From an uncultured virus (IMG/VR IMGVR_UViG_3300048930_000898) (taxonomy: Duplodnaviria > Heunggongvirae > Uroviricota > Caudoviricetes), in the IMG/VR virus record IMGVR_UViG_3300048930_000898: a DNA stretch of 22,373 nt. One strand, written 5' to 3'. The position numbers and the translations under genes are program-made. Shown here piece by piece: positions 1-8,342 of this stretch. Position 1 is the first letter of the stretch, and each line of letters begins with the position of its first letter. The notes under the pieces were generated by a model that had not been told where the DNA came from, made no database searches, and saw nothing but the letters and a program-made list of their open reading frames with translations.

Positions 1-948
1 TTCCAAACCTGCATTTAGATGTAAATCATCTAATTGTTTAATCTCTTTAGCCCATTTTATCCATTTTTGCTGGTTTGTCAATGTTTCTGATATTTCAACT
101 CTTTTATTGTCAGTTGTTATATAAATATACTTAGTACCATCGTTATTCCTAGGCATTTTTTTAAAAGATTCAACTTTTTCTTCTGATCCCTTAACAATAA
201 TCCTATTAATGTTATTTGGATCGCACGCTACGGGATGAAAATTTTCATCTAAATTAAGCTCATATGTCATGTGTCTTCGAAATAGTGTAGGAATATACTC
301 AATCGTTGATGATTTTGTATCAAGAACGCCTAGTCTTTTTTCTTCATTACTTTCACCAAAGCTGTGACTAAAGGGACTTCCAAGGTAGATAACATTTGAC
401 ATTTGCTTTGGAGTGTGATAATGTCCAGCAATCACTAAGCCGAGGTCGGCAACATCTTTGAGTTCAATTGCTTCTTCTTCAGTGTATCCAGAGCCAATAG
501 TAAATTCTTTAATACCTTGATGACAAAGTAAGATGGGGGTCTTGGGTAAACGAGGAATCCAGGTGTTTAAATCTTCAAGGAATTTTTTAGGATTTCTATA
601 ATAAGGCATTATAAGAACATTGCCTATTTGCCCCGGTTTATCATACAAATTAACATTGGGTAGAGCTTTTAATGGTTCAAGTGCAGTTGTAGAAGAATGA
701 ACGCTTAAAAGATCGTGATTACCAACGATTATATTATGTTTAAGATTTGAAGAAGAAAAATACTTAAAAAGAGAATTAAGACAATCTGCTTCAATTAGAC
801 CCTTACGGTCTAACATGTCTCCAAGCCAAATTACTGTATTAAGATTTCTTTCCTTTGCGAGGTTTTCTACTTCTGCGAACAGAGACTCGCACACTGGTAG
901 ATTTTCGCGCTTCATTTGTAAATCGCCTACTATTAAGTAATCGCTCAT
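1..948 (-). CDS. SbcD/Mre11-like metallophosphoesterase nuclease (T4 gp47-like recombination nuclease); runs off the left edge, absent from ORF track
   Basis: Hand translation from ATG at 948 (AAGGAG SD upstream): MSDYLIVGDLQ...WLGDMLD...IVGNHD...LCHQG...IAGHYHTP...YLGSPFSHSFGE, i.e. calcineurin-like phosphoesterase motifs I-V plus the SbcD-type YxGSP..SFGE segment. Frame is open to position 1. Confidence 0.88.
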   Translation of the reverse strand, partial: MSDYLIVGDLQMKRENLPVCESLFAEVENLAKERNLNTVIWLGDMLDRKGLIEADCLNSLFKYFSSSNLKHNIIVGNHDLLSVHSSTTALEPLKALPNVNLYDKPGQIGNVLIMPYYRNPKKFLEDLNTWIPRLPKTPILLCHQGIKEFTIGSGYTEEEAIELKDVADLGLVIAGHYHTPKQMSNVIYLGSPFSHSFGESNEEKRLGVLDTKSSTIEYIPTLFRRHMTYELNLDENFHPVACDPNNINRIIVKGSEEKVESFKKMPRNNDGTKYIYITTDNKRVEISETLTNQQKWIKWAKEIKQLDDLHLNAGLE

Positions 949-1099
949 AATTCAAAAACTCCTTAAGCGCCTTAATTAACATCTTACCAAGTTTAGTCAT
1001 AAATGTCAATCTTTCTTTTACAACAATTGTTGATTTATTAACTTTAACAACCTCATAAACCGGTCCACTTTTAAAATTGCTTATTTTATTCCATGTCAT
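839..1099 (-). CDS. Hypothetical basic protein (86 aa); C-terminal part overlaps the nuclease gene
   Basis: Only open frame filling 949-1105; starts a few nt after the recA stop. The 110-nt overlap with the nuclease gene lowers confidence. Confidence 0.5.
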   Translation of the reverse strand: MTWNKISNFKSGPVYEVVKVNKSTIVVKERLTFMTKLGKMLIKALKEFLNYERLLNSRRFTNEARKSTSVRVSVRRSRKPRKGKKS

Positions 1100-1105
1100 A
1101 ATTTT

Positions 1106-3022
1106 TTACTCTTCTGATTCACCGGATGGCTCGCCAACTAATTTCATGCCGTCTTTTGTAATATCTATCTGAATTTTTTTATGTAAATTTGCCCCGTCAA
1201 ATAAATGTGATTTGTAGAGCGTCCACTGTACACGAGCACCAATTCTTACCTGTTCACCTTTAACAGTCTTTTCAAGCCACTTGAAGCGACTAGTTTGAAA
1301 AGTAAGCGCACTGAAGAAGTCTACGGCATTGCCGCCTGCGTTTGTGCGACCCGGCGACCCCATGTTGGCATAGGTCTGGTTAATAACCAGGATGTGAATT
1401 TTATCTTTGTTTAGCTTAGGAACAAGTCTACGAAAACCTCTCTTGTTTACCTTAGCGGCAAGACCCATCTGCAGACTGTCGTCAACGTCAGTATCAGCCT
1501 CCGCCCTGGCTGGAGTATTACCGAGGCTATCAAAAACAACTAGAATTCGACCATCTGGGTCTGCTTCTTTAATGTATTCAATATACTTATCAATACCATC
1601 ATAAGCATCTTCCAGATAGTCGGGTCTGATAAGAGCAATTTGTTCAGGATCTACACCGCGAGAAGTAAGCCGTGCCCCAGTGGTCTTTTTCTCTGTATCT
1701 ACCAAAATAACATGCACCCCTTGGGCTTGGGCATTCTTAATAGCTTCAATAGCAAAAGATGTATTATGGGTAACTGTAAAGTCTCCTAAGAGGAAAAGAG
1801 GGTCTTCTACTAAGGTAAACCCGTAATAGTCTCCTACCCCCAATGATTCAATCTTAAAGCCTGTAGTTAATGGATTTCGGTTACCATTGAAAGGAAGTGC
1901 TTTCTTTCTTTGCACACGACATGGAATTACATTTGTGTTTCCAGAGATTGAAATTCGATAATACTTTCCAGAAAAGCCGGTGGATTTAATAGTGCCGATT
2001 TTTTTGGTTTTAGTGACTCGAAATCCTAAAGAACCTGCAAGGAAAACTATTTGATCAGCTAAGGATTCAGATTTCTGAATTATCTCATAACAGCTCTTTC
2101 CTGTCGCATTAAGATAACCATCGGTATCCAATAGCCCCGCAAGCAATAAAAGCCTTTTCTCCCTGGAATTTACTAGATAGTTAGTCGGTATATATTTTTC
2201 ACCATTCTTTACCAGTTCATTTCGAACAAAGTTTAATAATGGATTTAACCTGGAAGATCCAGAGCCGGTGCTAGTGACGAATTCGTGTTGAGGACACTTT
2301 GCTGCGGCGTTTACGACTTCCTGATGTTGAACTTTGCGATAAATTAAGTTATTTTTATTTGCAAATTCTTGATAATACTTGTCAAGCTCGGGTTCATTAT
2401 TCGTAATCTGTGTTTTAGTTCTTGTACCATCACCAAGCCACAGTCCAACCCAGTATGGATCATATTCAACAGGCTTATCTGTAAATTCAACTTCAGTTCT
2501 ATGTAGTTTCAGATTATGTCTAGTTGTAATATTACTATTTAAATATTCACTAACTGATAGATTTACAACTTCCCCAGTGCGTGTGTGTTTCAAATTAAGT
2601 ATGTGTGACTCATTACACGACCACTCAAGGTTACCGTAGTTTGGAATAATTTTATACATCATTTCTTGACCGCGCCCCAGTGCACCTACAGTTCTAGGTT
2701 TACTATCAGGACCCATGAGTTGATCGCCCACTTGAACGTCTTGTACCATTTTAATAGTACCGTTGTACATAAGAACCGGAGTATCTTTGGCTAGACACTT
2801 ACCAGAATCGGTATTACCTGCAATCATAAACACATAACCGAATGGCAAACCCATAACGCCCGTAGCTTCTTTAAACCATGGGTCTAGAACAACGAAGTCT
2901 TCTGGTTTGCTTGGAGTAATGATATCAGATCCTGTACCAAAGACTTGAGCGGAACGCTGGTCGTCTTTAAAACTTTTACGTATTTTCTCAGCTATTTTAT
3001 TTAAATCTAGTTTTTTAGTCAT
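1106..3022 (-). CDS. recA: RecA/UvsX-family recombinase precursor containing an intein (mature ~293 aa)
   Basis: Walker A reconstituted after splicing as GNTDSGK|T; ILVDTEKK; Walker B VVFDSLG; ILVINQ; GGNAVDFFS resembles RecA GGNALKFYA. Confidence 0.92.
   Translation of the reverse strand: MTKKLDLNKIAEKIRKSFKDDQRSAQVFGTGSDIITPSKPEDFVVLDPWFKEATGVMGLPFGYVFMIAGNTDSGKCLAKDTPVLMYNGTIKMVQDVQVGDQLMGPDSKPRTVGALGRGQEMMYKIIPNYGNLEWSCNESHILNLKHTRTGEVVNLSVSEYLNSNITTRHNLKLHRTEVEFTDKPVEYDPYWVGLWLGDGTRTKTQITNNEPELDKYYQEFANKNNLIYRKVQHQEVVNAAAKCPQHEFVTSTGSGSSRLNPLLNFVRNELVKNGEKYIPTNYLVNSREKRLLLLAGLLDTDGYLNATGKSCYEIIQKSESLADQIVFLAGSLGFRVTKTKKIGTIKSTGFSGKYYRISISGNTNVIPCRVQRKKALPFNGNRNPLTTGFKIESLGVGDYYGFTLVEDPLFLLGDFTVTHNTSFAIEAIKNAQAQGVHVILVDTEKKTTGARLTSRGVDPEQIALIRPDYLEDAYDGIDKYIEYIKEADPDGRILVVFDSLGNTPARAEADTDVDDSLQMGLAAKVNKRGFRRLVPKLNKDKIHILVINQTYANMGSPGRTNAGGNAVDFFSALTFQTSRFKWLEKTVKGEQVRIGARVQWTLYKSHLFDGANLHKKIQIDITKDGMKLVGEPSGESEE
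1763..2797 (-). mobile_element. Intein (345 aa) with LAGLIDADG homing endonuclease, inserted in the RecA P-loop
   Basis: Starts CLAKDTPVLMYNG (Cys1 at 2795-2797); block B WSCNESHIL; endonuclease blocks YWVGLWLGDG and LLAGLLDTDG; ends DYYGFTL...FTVTHN (Asn at 1763-1765) followed by Thr+1. Confidence 0.95.
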
Positions 3023-3041
3023 TACAATTTTCCTTAATTAC

Positions 3042-3284
3042 TTAAATATTATGAATATTTCCGTCATAAATTGGACAATCGTCTTCCAGTTTGTATGACC
3101 CTGGGTTGTTCATCAATTCAGCTAAGCTTTTTCCTTCCGGGTAAGTGAAAGAGGGATAAGTTCTATCACAATCGGGGCGAAAATATTCAGGCCATCCATC
3201 ACAAGCCTTACCTTCTTTATCTCTTAAAACCATATATTTAATCATATTATTTTTTTTCCTTAGTATTTCAGGTTTATCGCTCAT
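3042..3284 (-). CDS. Hypothetical protein (80 aa)
   Basis: Co-oriented ORF with ATGA overlap to the upstream gene; no recognisable motif. Confidence 0.7.
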   Translation of the reverse strand: MSDKPEILRKKNNMIKYMVLRDKEGKACDGWPEYFRPDCDRTYPSFTYPEGKSLAELMNNPGSYKLEDDCPIYDGNIHNI

Positions 3285-3475
3285 AATTGTTTTTCATTTC
3301 CATCTTCATCAACAATAAAAATATTAAGTAATCCACTTTGAATAAGAAATTCTCTAATAAATCCACTTGGTACGTTAAGTTTAGCAAAAATATCTGGTAA
3401 TTCATCTCTATGAATAATATCTTTATTGCTTTTCATTATTTTAGTAAACTTCATATTAACTTTTTTAGTCATCAT
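3281..3475 (-). CDS. Hypothetical protein
   Basis: Start moved from 3511 to ATG at 3475, which follows a GGAGG SD and overlaps the upstream gene's end. Confidence 0.65.
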   Translation of the reverse strand: MMTKKVNMKFTKIMKSNKDIIHRDELPDIFAKLNVPSGFIREFLIQSGLLNIFIVDEDGNEKQL

Positions 3476-3719
3476 TTTCCTCCACTCCGTATTTTTGCAA
3501 TAGATTATCATACCCCGTGGGTTTACTTTCTGGAAACTGTTTTCTAATTGAACTAGAAATTTTATTTAATATTTCAATAAATTTAATAGGCAATTGTTTA
3601 TCGTTAGAGGCTATATATGTCACTAAATGGTTATCAAGAGTTGCAGCTTCATAATCTGATAGATTTAAAATAATTCTTCCTGGTTTAGGTATAATTAATG
3701 TATATTTAGATTTATTCAT
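3465..3719 (-). CDS. Hypothetical protein (84 aa)
   Basis: Co-oriented ORF with ATGA overlap to the upstream gene. Confidence 0.65.
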   Translation of the reverse strand: MNKSKYTLIIPKPGRIILNLSDYEAATLDNHLVTYIASNDKQLPIKFIEILNKISSSIRKQFPESKPTGYDNLLQKYGVEENDD

Positions 3720-3964
3720 TTTTTGTTCTCGACTGCATCAAATAACCAAGATGCTTTTATAATAAAATCACGAGCATAGTTCCCCTTATCATTTGGTTCA
3801 GGAAAAAGATTTCCGTAGTGTTCAGCTAAAACCTTCGCACCTTGGATCACCCGCTGCGACTTTCGCACGAGATCGATGAGTTCGAGCGCGCGATTGCGAG
3901 CGTAAACGCTGAATCCATGAACCGCTTCTTCTTCCCAAAGTTTCAGCTTCTCTTCAGTTGTCAT
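3716..3964 (-). CDS. Small phage protein, paralog of 19495..19755 (MTTExKL...LELIDLVRK)
   Basis: Start at ATG 3964 (ATGA overlap, GAGGA SD); shares the N-terminus and LELIDLVRKxQR with 19495..19755. Confidence 0.75.
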   Translation of the reverse strand: MTTEEKLKLWEEEAVHGFSVYARNRALELIDLVRKSQRVIQGAKVLAEHYGNLFPEPNDKGNYARDFIIKASWLFDAVENKK

Positions 3965-4173
3965 TTCCATTCCTCAAATTTCTTAAGGGCTGACAAAACT
4001 TCTTCAAAAGGATGTCTTGAGTTCATAACTGCTCTCGCCTGGGCTAATTCCAAAGCCTCAGCCATTTCTTTACACAAATATACCATCTTAGCCAAATCGG
4101 GGTCGGCGCTATGGTTTTCGTATCCTTGTTTTACTCGCTCTTCTAATCGTTTCCATCCTTCAGGTATATTCAT
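3961..4173 (-). CDS. Small phage protein, paralog of 19757..19984 (PEG...KxMAE...ALxKFxEWK)
   Basis: Probable start MNIPEGW at 4173; shared motifs with 19757..19984. Confidence 0.75.
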   Translation of the reverse strand: MNIPEGWKRLEERVKQGYENHSADPDLAKMVYLCKEMAEALELAQARAVMNSRHPFEEVLSALKKFEEWK

Positions 4174-4175
4174 AA

Positions 4176-4358
4176 TTACTTCCATTGTTTGAAGGTTTCA
4201 AGGGCTTCAAATAAAACTTTCTTTGCTTCTGCTGCAGCAATGCTATCGTTTAATACTATAAGTCTATTTCTAGCTTCTAAAATAGCATTTACAAGATCTT
4301 TAACAAGTTTAGCGTCTACTTCAGACAAAGTATATAATTTTTCAGGTACTTCAGTCAT
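4176..4358 (-). CDS. Small phage protein, probable third member of the ...ALxxFxxWK family
   Basis: Begins MTEVPEK and ends EALETFKQWK; AAGGAAG upstream. Confidence 0.7.
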   Translation of the reverse strand: MTEVPEKLYTLSEVDAKLVKDLVNAILEARNRLIVLNDSIAAAEAKKVLFEALETFKQWK

Positions 4359-4370
4359 AATTTATCTTCC

Positions 4371-4766
4371 TTATACAGTATCGTTTTTTACCATATAGGT
4401 TAGTAGTCTAAACCCAGCATCGAATTGCTTAATAAAACTTTGTACATATGTAATATTATTTTCAAGCAAAGCAACTCTTTCAGCTGCTACTTGACGAGCA
4501 GGATTGGCTTTAGCTGAAGCTTTGCGAGCATCGGCATCTTTACCCTCTGCTACAGAAATTGCACTATACATAGCCTGCTCTTCAATAGCTTTAGCTTTAA
4601 CAAGATCATCAGCTAATTGCTTCCACAGGTTGGTAAGTCTTCCTTGGGCAGTTAAAAGTTTACTACCACGTTCATATGCTTCATTTTGAGCAAGAACTTC
4701 ACTAACTTCCATTAACGGTGCAGTTTTTTCGATAATTTCTTCAATAAGCTGTTCAATTGTTTTCAT
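4371..4766 (-). CDS. All-helical 131-aa protein, possible UvsY-like recombination mediator
   Basis: ORF is solid (GGAGG SD). The function is inferred only from size, a long coiled-coil pattern and proximity to RecA/UvsX. Confidence 0.4.
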   Translation of the reverse strand: MKTIEQLIEEIIEKTAPLMEVSEVLAQNEAYERGSKLLTAQGRLTNLWKQLADDLVKAKAIEEQAMYSAISVAEGKDADARKASAKANPARQVAAERVALLENNITYVQSFIKQFDAGFRLLTYMVKNDTV

Positions 4767-4969
4767 TTGTCCTCCATCTTCAATATAGCCTCTTTTTCAG
4801 CCATTTGCAATAGGATATAAGAACTTAAACATATAATAAAAATATGAATAAAAACAAATACATGCTGATGTTTAACAAAACTAACTCCTAAGCCAAAGGA
4901 GTTAATAACAACTGCAGCTAAGTTTATATGTTTTGCAAAATGATATAAACTGCTTAATTTATTGACCAT
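4763..4969 (-). CDS. Small membrane protein (two hydrophobic segments)
   Basis: INLAAVVINSFGLGVSFV and VFVFIHIFIICLSSYILL; overlaps both neighbours. Confidence 0.65.
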   Translation of the reverse strand: MVNKLSSLYHFAKHINLAAVVINSFGLGVSFVKHQHVFVFIHIFIICLSSYILLQMAEKEAILKMEDK

Positions 4970-5229
4970 TATGCCCCTTTTTCTTCTAAAATAAGCACTG
5001 CGGCTTTAACAACCGCGTTTAGTTCTTTATTTAAATCCCTCATGGAGGCTTCCATATCTTTTTTAACTAGTTTGATTTGTTGATATTTTTCGTTATTTTC
5101 TAGTTCTCTTTTTGCTTCAGCTTTTTGCCTTTCGGCTGTTACAATTACTTCTTTCAATTGTTCTACAGAAGAACCTTTTAATTCGTTCATTCTTTGTTCA
5201 CCTAAAATTTTATAAAGTTTATCGCTCAT
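4969..5229 (-). CDS. Hypothetical coiled-coil protein (86 aa)
   Basis: AGGAG SD; heptad-like E/K/L-rich sequence. Confidence 0.75.
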   Translation of the reverse strand: MSDKLYKILGEQRMNELKGSSVEQLKEVIVTAERQKAEAKRELENNEKYQQIKLVKKDMEASMRDLNKELNAVVKAAVLILEEKGA

Positions 5230-5251
5230 TTTATCTCCTATCTTATTTTTA

Positions 5252-5701
5252 TTAGAATTCTAAACGTAAATATAGACCCACCTTGGGATTAGCAAGTTCA
5301 AAATCACCCTCTGCTCCAAGCCAGCTATTAAAAACCGGAAGTCTTACTTCTGTTCCAATCCTTGGAACAAGCTTGTTTGGATCTTTTACAGCAACGGCAA
5401 CTCCGCCCTTTACTGCCCACATCTTCTTATCTTTTATTTTTTCAATCTCAGTTTCTTTTTTAGTGGTATTTGTTTCTGTTTCTTTCTTCTTAGTTTCTTC
5501 AATTCTTTCAATAACCTTTCCGGTATTAGGATCAAATCTTTCTGTAATCTTTTTATCCTCTTGTTTTGTCTTTTTTTCTTTTTCTACGATTTTCTCAACT
5601 TCTCTTACCTTCTCTGGTGCGTAGAAGTGACCTAGACCATACCCTATGGCCAAAATAACAATACCGGCAGCTAAAAGTTGTAAAATATTTTTAATATTCA
5701 T
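5252..5701 (-). CDS. Envelope protein: N-terminal TM/signal segment, charged linker, four C-terminal amphipathic beta-strands ending in Phe
   Basis: ILQLLAAGIVILAIGYGLG; E/K/T-rich middle; C-terminus VGLYLRLEF fits the outer-membrane beta-signal pattern. Confidence 0.7.
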   Translation of the reverse strand: MNIKNILQLLAAGIVILAIGYGLGHFYAPEKVREVEKIVEKEKKTKQEDKKITERFDPNTGKVIERIEETKKKETETNTTKKETEIEKIKDKKMWAVKGGVAVAVKDPNKLVPRIGTEVRLPVFNSWLGAEGDFELANPKVGLYLRLEF

Positions 5702-6207
5702 TTTTTGTTCCTATCATCAAACTGTTTCATATTGGTTAATTCGTACTCAAGTAAAAACAAAAGATTACAAGCAGCATGTGCTATATGAGACAAATTTGTC
5801 TCAGGGTCAACTGATTCGCCATCATTCCAAGCCAGTAGGTGTCGTTGTGCTGCAGATAGTACTCTGGTATAGCTAATACCTTTGCGCCAGTTATGTGGCT
5901 CATATTTTTTTGCACCATAGTCTAATACCTTTGCAATCTCTAGCAAAGGTTTACTTGGAAGTAGTGCAGTAGTGGGTTTGCCGCTATCATATTTAGTACC
6001 TTCTTCTAATTCAAGTTTGCCTGATACAGAATGTTTTACAGTCATATCAGGAAACTTATTTTCAGGTAAATTATATGAGATGGTTTGAATATCTGCAGAT
6101 TTACTATGTTGTTCACAAACTGAAATAGTTTTACCAACTGCGAAGCAACCACAATTTACAGGAGTTGCGCCGTACATACCAAATGCATCTTTAATTCCGT
6201 CACTCAT
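5698..6207 (-). CDS. dATP/dGTP diphosphohydrolase-domain protein (DUF5664 / dGTP_diPhyd_N family)
   Basis: GTKYDSGKP..LLP...VLDYGAKKYEPHNWRKG...AAQRHL.AW.DGE.VDPETNLSHIAHAACNLLFL matches the family signature. Confidence 0.88.
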   Translation of the reverse strand: MSDGIKDAFGMYGATPVNCGCFAVGKTISVCEQHSKSADIQTISYNLPENKFPDMTVKHSVSGKLELEEGTKYDSGKPTTALLPSKPLLEIAKVLDYGAKKYEPHNWRKGISYTRVLSAAQRHLLAWNDGESVDPETNLSHIAHAACNLLFLLEYELTNMKQFDDRNKK

Positions 6208-8342
6208 TTTATCTCCTTCAATAAATCCTGGTTTTTCTTTAAAGAATAATTAACAAAAGTACCCTTGGGGATTATTGTCTCAAAACTTAGTGTTGTTTTA
6301 TATAGTTTTTCTAAAAGTCTTTTTTTATTATAACCCCCTTTAAAATTTTCCACAAGGGTTAATTGATCATTTTCATCGTAATAAAAATAAGCCCTATCGC
6401 CTTCTGTATACTCTGTTGATCTTATTGCATCTTTTACATTTTGTTCATTGGTTCTTTCAGGATTTAACACTTTAGACGTAATTGTCTTTCTATTTGCCCA
6501 TCTTTTAATATCTTGTATGCTCATGATTTCTTTAACATACTTGGTGTATATTTCAACGTAATTTTCTTTACGTTCGAGCATGCTATCAATTATTTCTTTA
6601 ATAAACTCTTTTAAAGCAGGTTCCTTAACTGTAGCCTTAATGGCACTACCTTTATATTTAATCTTTTTTCCGTCATAAAGGATGTAATTTTTAGCCTTTA
6701 CAACAACAACGGTTTTATAATAACCATCGGGCTCGTATTTAATTCTGTCAGGCAAGCTGTCGTTAATTTCATTAACTAGTTGATTTTGTTCATTTTCTTT
6801 AATAACACTTTCATCTTGGTAACAAAATGCAATACTGTCAGTATCTGCGTTAACTAGTTTAAATTGTTTACTTTTTGCCCACCCCATGGTGTGTTCTAGT
6901 ATGTTTCTACCTGTTTCAGTAATATAAGAAGCCCCGGTGGGATAATTAAAGATATTATGACTACTTCCCATAAAGCCGTACATACTGTTAATAAATATCT
7001 TCTGTGCACCCTGTAGATCGTCATAATATTTATCGTTTTTAGCTAGTTTTTTGTTGTGTAAACGTTCTTTTGTAAAAGTTTCGACTAATTTCAACAAGAC
7101 CCCCTTTGGGTCTTTAATTTCGTCATAAACTTGGTATTCTAAGATAATATTTGGATACAAAGATGCGATGTCAATTTTAAAAACATTTGAATAAATACCA
7201 GGATTTCCTAATGAAATCGCACCTTCATATGGAACCGTTGGTGATATTTTAGGTAAGCTATGATTATCCTTAAGATATGCTCTAACCATCATGTTGTTAA
7301 TCTGACCACCAGTGGCGGATTCTAACATGTGTTGATAGCTCCTTGATACCGATTGGGTCATGTAAAACAAATAAGGACACATTAAGTCGTAGATATTTAA
7401 AGAATCATCTGCGTCAAATTCTGCGTATTTTTTAATCTTTTCCCATTCGATGGGATCTTTATACTTGAATCTAATTTGACTAGCGTCATAAAATTGACGG
7501 TTTTCAATTTCTAATCCCTCCTGTTTGACAATGTTTTTCAATCCATAGCTTTCGTATTTTTTAGCAACTCCGTCATAGCCCCAGGCTAAAAAAAGTGTAT
7601 CAATAACCTCTCTACCGTAGATCCGGATTCTTTTAAATTCTTGAAAGTCATTTTGAGCTTTTCTTTTAGAGATAGTAAAATCATCAATTTCGATTGCAGA
7701 TCCATTTCTACCCAGGTTTAATTCTATACCTTCCATCTTAGCAATATGAATCATATAAGGCAAATCATAGTCATAGATGTTATGTCCAACGATAATAGAA
7801 GGGTCTATTTGCATTACCCATTCACACCACGACTTTAACATATCCCCTTGGGTTTCATATTGATCATAAGTAAACATTTTTCTAATAATTTTTTTATTAT
7901 TTCTAAAAGTATTTGAGATGATTAATATCTTACTTGTAGAATCCTTATTAAGACCCACTGTTTCGATATCGAAAGATAAAACACTTAAATCTTCAGGTTT
8001 AAGTCCTTTAAAATACGTAATCCCTTCATAGGTTAACATTGATTCCTTTTTATCCCATATGGAGAAAGTACTTTCGTTTTTAAACTTTCTTCTATCATTG
8101 AAATAAAAAGCAGGATTATCGTAAACTTTAATAAACTTATATGGAAGATTTCCCTTCATTGGGTGAAAATGATTGTCTAAACAGTTTTCAGAAACCATCC
8201 ATAGCTTGGTTTCAATTATTTCACTTCTAACAAATCCATCAGGTTCTTGAATAAACAATTCCGTTCCGCTGTCTGTTGGTTCAATACCAACGACTCCACC
8301 CTGTGGGTTTTTACCGTGAATTAAATCGTTATAATTAGTCAT
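6204..8342 (-). CDS. polB: Family B DNA polymerase with 3'-5' exonuclease domain
   Basis: ExoI SFDIET, ExoII GHNIYDYDLPY, ExoIII YAEFDAD; motif A DIASLYPNII, B KIFINSMYG, C ADTDS, then KNY. Start placed at ATG 8342 (ATGACTAA overlap with the upstream stop). Confidence 0.95.
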   Translation of the reverse strand: MTNYNDLIHGKNPQGGVVGIEPTDSGTELFIQEPDGFVRSEIIETKLWMVSENCLDNHFHPMKGNLPYKFIKVYDNPAFYFNDRRKFKNESTFSIWDKKESMLTYEGITYFKGLKPEDLSVLSFDIETVGLNKDSTSKILIISNTFRNNKKIIRKMFTYDQYETQGDMLKSWCEWVMQIDPSIIVGHNIYDYDLPYMIHIAKMEGIELNLGRNGSAIEIDDFTISKRKAQNDFQEFKRIRIYGREVIDTLFLAWGYDGVAKKYESYGLKNIVKQEGLEIENRQFYDASQIRFKYKDPIEWEKIKKYAEFDADDSLNIYDLMCPYLFYMTQSVSRSYQHMLESATGGQINNMMVRAYLKDNHSLPKISPTVPYEGAISLGNPGIYSNVFKIDIASLYPNIILEYQVYDEIKDPKGVLLKLVETFTKERLHNKKLAKNDKYYDDLQGAQKIFINSMYGFMGSSHNIFNYPTGASYITETGRNILEHTMGWAKSKQFKLVNADTDSIAFCYQDESVIKENEQNQLVNEINDSLPDRIKYEPDGYYKTVVVVKAKNYILYDGKKIKYKGSAIKATVKEPALKEFIKEIIDSMLERKENYVEIYTKYVKEIMSIQDIKRWANRKTITSKVLNPERTNEQNVKDAIRSTEYTEGDRAYFYYDENDQLTLVENFKGGYNKKRLLEKLYKTTLSFETIIPKGTFVNYSLKKNQDLLKEIK

